Shown here: positions 63,335-64,000 of the stretch, piece by piece | Position numbering within the stretch: the first letter of the stretch is position 1 | Layout: each line of letters opens with the position of its first letter | Assembly (NCBI RefSeq): GCF_006345805.1 | Contig: NC_043012.1 | Coordinates: 16,430,001 to 16,494,000 of the forward strand | Length of the DNA: 64,000 bases | Source of the DNA: Octopus sinensis | Taxonomy: Eukaryota | Direction of reading: 5' to 3' | Notes under the pieces: model-generated | The model's database searches: none | What the model saw: only the letters and a program-made list of their open reading frames with translations | What the model was told of the DNA's origin: nothing | Position numbers and translations under genes: made by a program

Positions 63335-63819
63335 CTTTAGGCACAAGGCCTTGAAAATTTTGGAAGGAAGAGGGCTAGTCGATTACATCGACTCCAGTGC
63401 GTAACTGGTACTTATTTTATCGACCCCGAAATGATGAAAAGCAAAGTCGACCTCGGTGGAATTTGAACTCAGAACGTAACGGTAGACGAAATACCTATTT
63501 CTTTACTACCCACAAGGGGCTAAACACAGAGAGGACAAACAAGGACAGACAAACGGATTAAGTCGATTATATCGACCCCATTGCGCAACTGGTACTTATT
63601 TTATCGACCCCGAAAGGATGAAAGGCAAAGTCGACCTCGGTGGAATTTGAACTCAGAACCTAACGGTAGACGAAATACCTATTTCTTTACCACCCACAAG
63701 GGGCTAAACACAGAGAGGACAAACAAGGACAGACAAACGGATTAAGTCGATTATATCGACCCCATTGCGCAACTGGTACTTATTTAATCGACCCCGAAAG
63801 GATGAAAGGCAAAGTGGAC
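63335..63819 (-). mobile_element. Tandem array of Tx1-targeted SINE bodies (184-bp period; three partial or complete units)
   Basis: GTAGACGAAATAC|CTATTTCTTTA junction at 63482 and 63666; the terminal unit has the alternative GGCCTTGTGCC tail. Confidence 0.9.
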
Positions 63820-64000
63820 ATATACATATTACTGCTCCCAATTGTGGTCCCCACAGAGTGAAAAACTAATTGCGGAATTTGAAGCGATCCGACGCCACTT
63901 CACAAAGACTATAGACTCAGTAAAACACATGAGCTACATGGAGAGATTGAGGGAACTGGGACTCTACTCTCTGAAGAGGAGACGTGAGAGATATTCAGTG

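Overview
This is AT-rich, microsatellite-saturated eukaryotic DNA made almost entirely of repeats, and I found no convincing host protein-coding exon. The SINE repertoire looks octopus/cephalopod-like (inference). Contents: one near-intact full-length Tx1/L1-clade LINE (53114-58465, minus strand, 1134-aa APE-RT-zf ORF2); a Tx1 3' fragment; an ORF1-only Tx1 relative; CR1-, RTE- and RLE(R4/Dong-like)-type LINE remnants; three tRNA-derived SINE families; Tc1/mariner, hAT-MITE, Helitron and LTR remnants; a 26-bp satellite that flips orientation twice; a ~610-bp palindrome; and several Penelope/retrozyme-type hammerhead ribozymes. The main finding is an apparent self-targeting LINE-SINE system. The Tx1 LINE sits inside a SINE at GTATTTCGTCTG with a 13-16 bp target-site duplication (TSD). 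That SINE carries the LINE's 3' tail, and SINE tails join the same internal site at three more junctions, forming 184-bp tandem units. Coordinates were read by eye, so the edges of decayed elements are approximate. Family names come from recalled motifs, not database searches.
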